From the IMG/VR virus record IMGVR_UViG_3300044740_000064, positions 1 through 35,626 of that record: a stretch of 35,626 nt of DNA; one strand, 5' to 3'. How positions within the stretch are numbered: the stretch's first letter is position 1; every line of letters begins with the position of its first letter. Source of the stretch: a virus. Its lineage: Duplodnaviria > Caudoviricetes. Of the stretch, positions 35,509 through 35,626 are shown in pieces. The translations under genes and the position numbers were made by a program. The notes beneath the pieces were generated by a model, which searched no databases, had not been told where the DNA came from, and worked only from the letters and a program-made list of their open reading frames with translations.

Positions 35509-35626
35509 ATGAAAGAGCTTATCGCTGACGAAAACGGCAACGTGGAAGGGATGGCCGCACAGTATCCACCAGGGACCATTGTCTATATTGATGAGGCGGG
35601 CAACTTTGCGGGACATGTCTCACCGG
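35509..35626 (+). CDS. Protein beginning with motif B (3' truncated by window edge)
   Basis: AGGA RBS; MKELIADENGNVEGMAAQYPPGTIVYIDEAGNFAGHVSP aligns to the C-termini of the two upstream genes. Confidence 0.75.
   Translation, partial: MKELIADENGNVEGMAAQYPPGTIVYIDEAGNFAGHVSP

Larger units (their letters stand above)
1..35626 (+). mobile_element. Phage/prophage head-neck morphogenesis region (tailed dsDNA phage); both ends extend beyond the window
   Basis: Co-oriented, tightly coupled genes in canonical order portal - minor head - prohead protease - MCP - adaptor - stopper - gp10-like - terminator; YopX and homing endonucleases present; no host housekeeping genes. Confidence 0.95.

Noticed and set aside
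1-35626. CRISPR array
   Set aside because: No regularly spaced repeat-spacer series seen; the repeats found are intragenic.

Overview
The whole 35.6-kb window is the virion-morphogenesis region of a tailed phage or prophage, almost entirely on the + strand. Gene order: 3' end of a probable portal gene, a mini gp7/MuF-like gene, about 10 small hypothetical genes (WDGH, YopX, Zn-ribbon), a degenerate antisense tRNA-Thr, prohead protease/scaffold and major capsid protein (MCP). About 17 kb of Ser/Thr/Gly-rich beta-protein genes (DUF2341/LamG proteins and a 2105-aa repeat fibre) then separate the MCP from the head-tail adaptor. Neck genes, more LamG proteins and a LamG-GH5 glycoside hydrolase follow. 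Three selfish nucleases interrupt the operon: a sense GIY-YIG, an inverted solo TnpB and an inverted multi-Zn-finger HNH. Most unusual observations: (1) both inverted nuclease genes are overlaid on the operon strand by stop-free, start/stop-overlapping ORFs that run into the next real gene, a possible anti-polarity translation relay; (2) two different shared C-terminal modules each occur both without cargo and fused behind lectin or hydrolase cargo, a possible modular virion display system; (3) the minimal TnpB element's inferred TAM (TTGAC) doubles as its -35 box. Family assignments come from motif recognition by eye, not from database searches. The host cannot be established from this window.
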